Positions 63,701 to 64,000 of a stretch of DNA of 64,000 bases are shown here, piece after piece. The DNA comes from Tubulanus polymorphus (Eukaryota > Animalia > Nemertea). Position numbers and translations under genes: made by a program. Below the pieces are notes generated by a model. That model was not told the DNA's origin, did no database searches, and saw only the letters and a list, made by a program, of their open reading frames with translations. The stretch covers positions 4,810,914 through 4,874,913 of the forward strand of contig NC_134034.1 in assembly GCF_964204645.1 (NCBI RefSeq), read 5' to 3'. Positions within the stretch are counted from its first letter, which is position 1. Every line of letters begins with the position of its first letter.

Positions 63701-64000
63701 ATGGTAGAATTAAAAGAATATAGAATATTTGTTGATTCTAGAAGGCTTACAAATTATAAATCTCATAATTTACTAGTTCAATTAGATAGGGAATATAAAA
63801 ATTGTGTTGATTTAAAATTAGTAAATATAAGTTTATGTAACTCATTTTACAATATATCGAATAAAACTGTTGAACATAGAGCCTTTTTAATTTTTAATAA
63901 AAACAAAAATGAATGGGCCTATATATATTTAAAACCGGGGTTATGTAATTTAGATACATTGGGACAAGAAATTAATAGAAAAGCCTGGCACAAGTCAGGT
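63701..64000 (+). CDS. Penton of copy 2 (partial, window edge)
   Basis: MVELKEYRIFVDSR..., orthologous to 31137-31898. Confidence 0.85.
   Translation, partial: MVELKEYRIFVDSRRLTNYKSHNLLVQLDREYKNCVDLKLVNISLCNSFYNISNKTVEHRAFLIFNKNKNEWAYIYLKPGLCNLDTLGQEINRKAWHKSG

Larger units (their letters stand above)
57760..64000 (+). mobile_element. Maverick/Polinton-like virus, copy 2 (continues beyond the window)
   Basis: Inner terminal-repeat arm from ~59054, then polB, small ORF and penton in the same order as copy 1. AT-rich TAAATG genes lie upstream on the minus strand. Left boundary approximate. Confidence 0.9.

Overview
Animal (intron-bearing, invertebrate-like) genomic DNA made almost entirely of nested mobile elements; no intact host gene is evident. 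Left part: a Helitron/Helentron-type element (PIF1-like helicase + APE endonuclease + OB-fold ORF, ~8.3-19.5 kb, minus strand) is split by a two-LTR Ty3/Gypsy element (10370-18112) that carries an extra coiled-coil/SGNH-esterase ORF. A second Gypsy remnant and a BEL/Pao gag remnant flank it. Centre: a piggyBac transposase fragment is split by one 26-kb insertion (20570-46612) with 13-bp TIRs and a 6-bp TSD (GAGTAG, hAT-like). That insertion contains (i) a ~15.8-kb AT-rich Maverick/Polinton-like virus (pPolB, major and minor capsid, truncated integrase, giant-virus-type HNH nuclease, several membrane proteins) and (ii) an intron-containing IS3EU-like DDE transposase gene convergent with a HECT E3-ligase gene, both starting with paralogous SAM domains. 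Right part: MITEs, a duplicated hAT-derived segment, a THAP remnant and a second, related Maverick copy running off the window. The most notable signals are in the Maverick. Nearly every gene starts in a TAAATG context, the capsid and membrane-protein block with a preceding T-tract as in poxvirus late promoters, and the terminus is a 268-bp imperfect hairpin. Together these suggest a virophage-like element that depends on a large cytoplasmic DNA virus. All family assignments come from reading motifs by eye; no searches were run.
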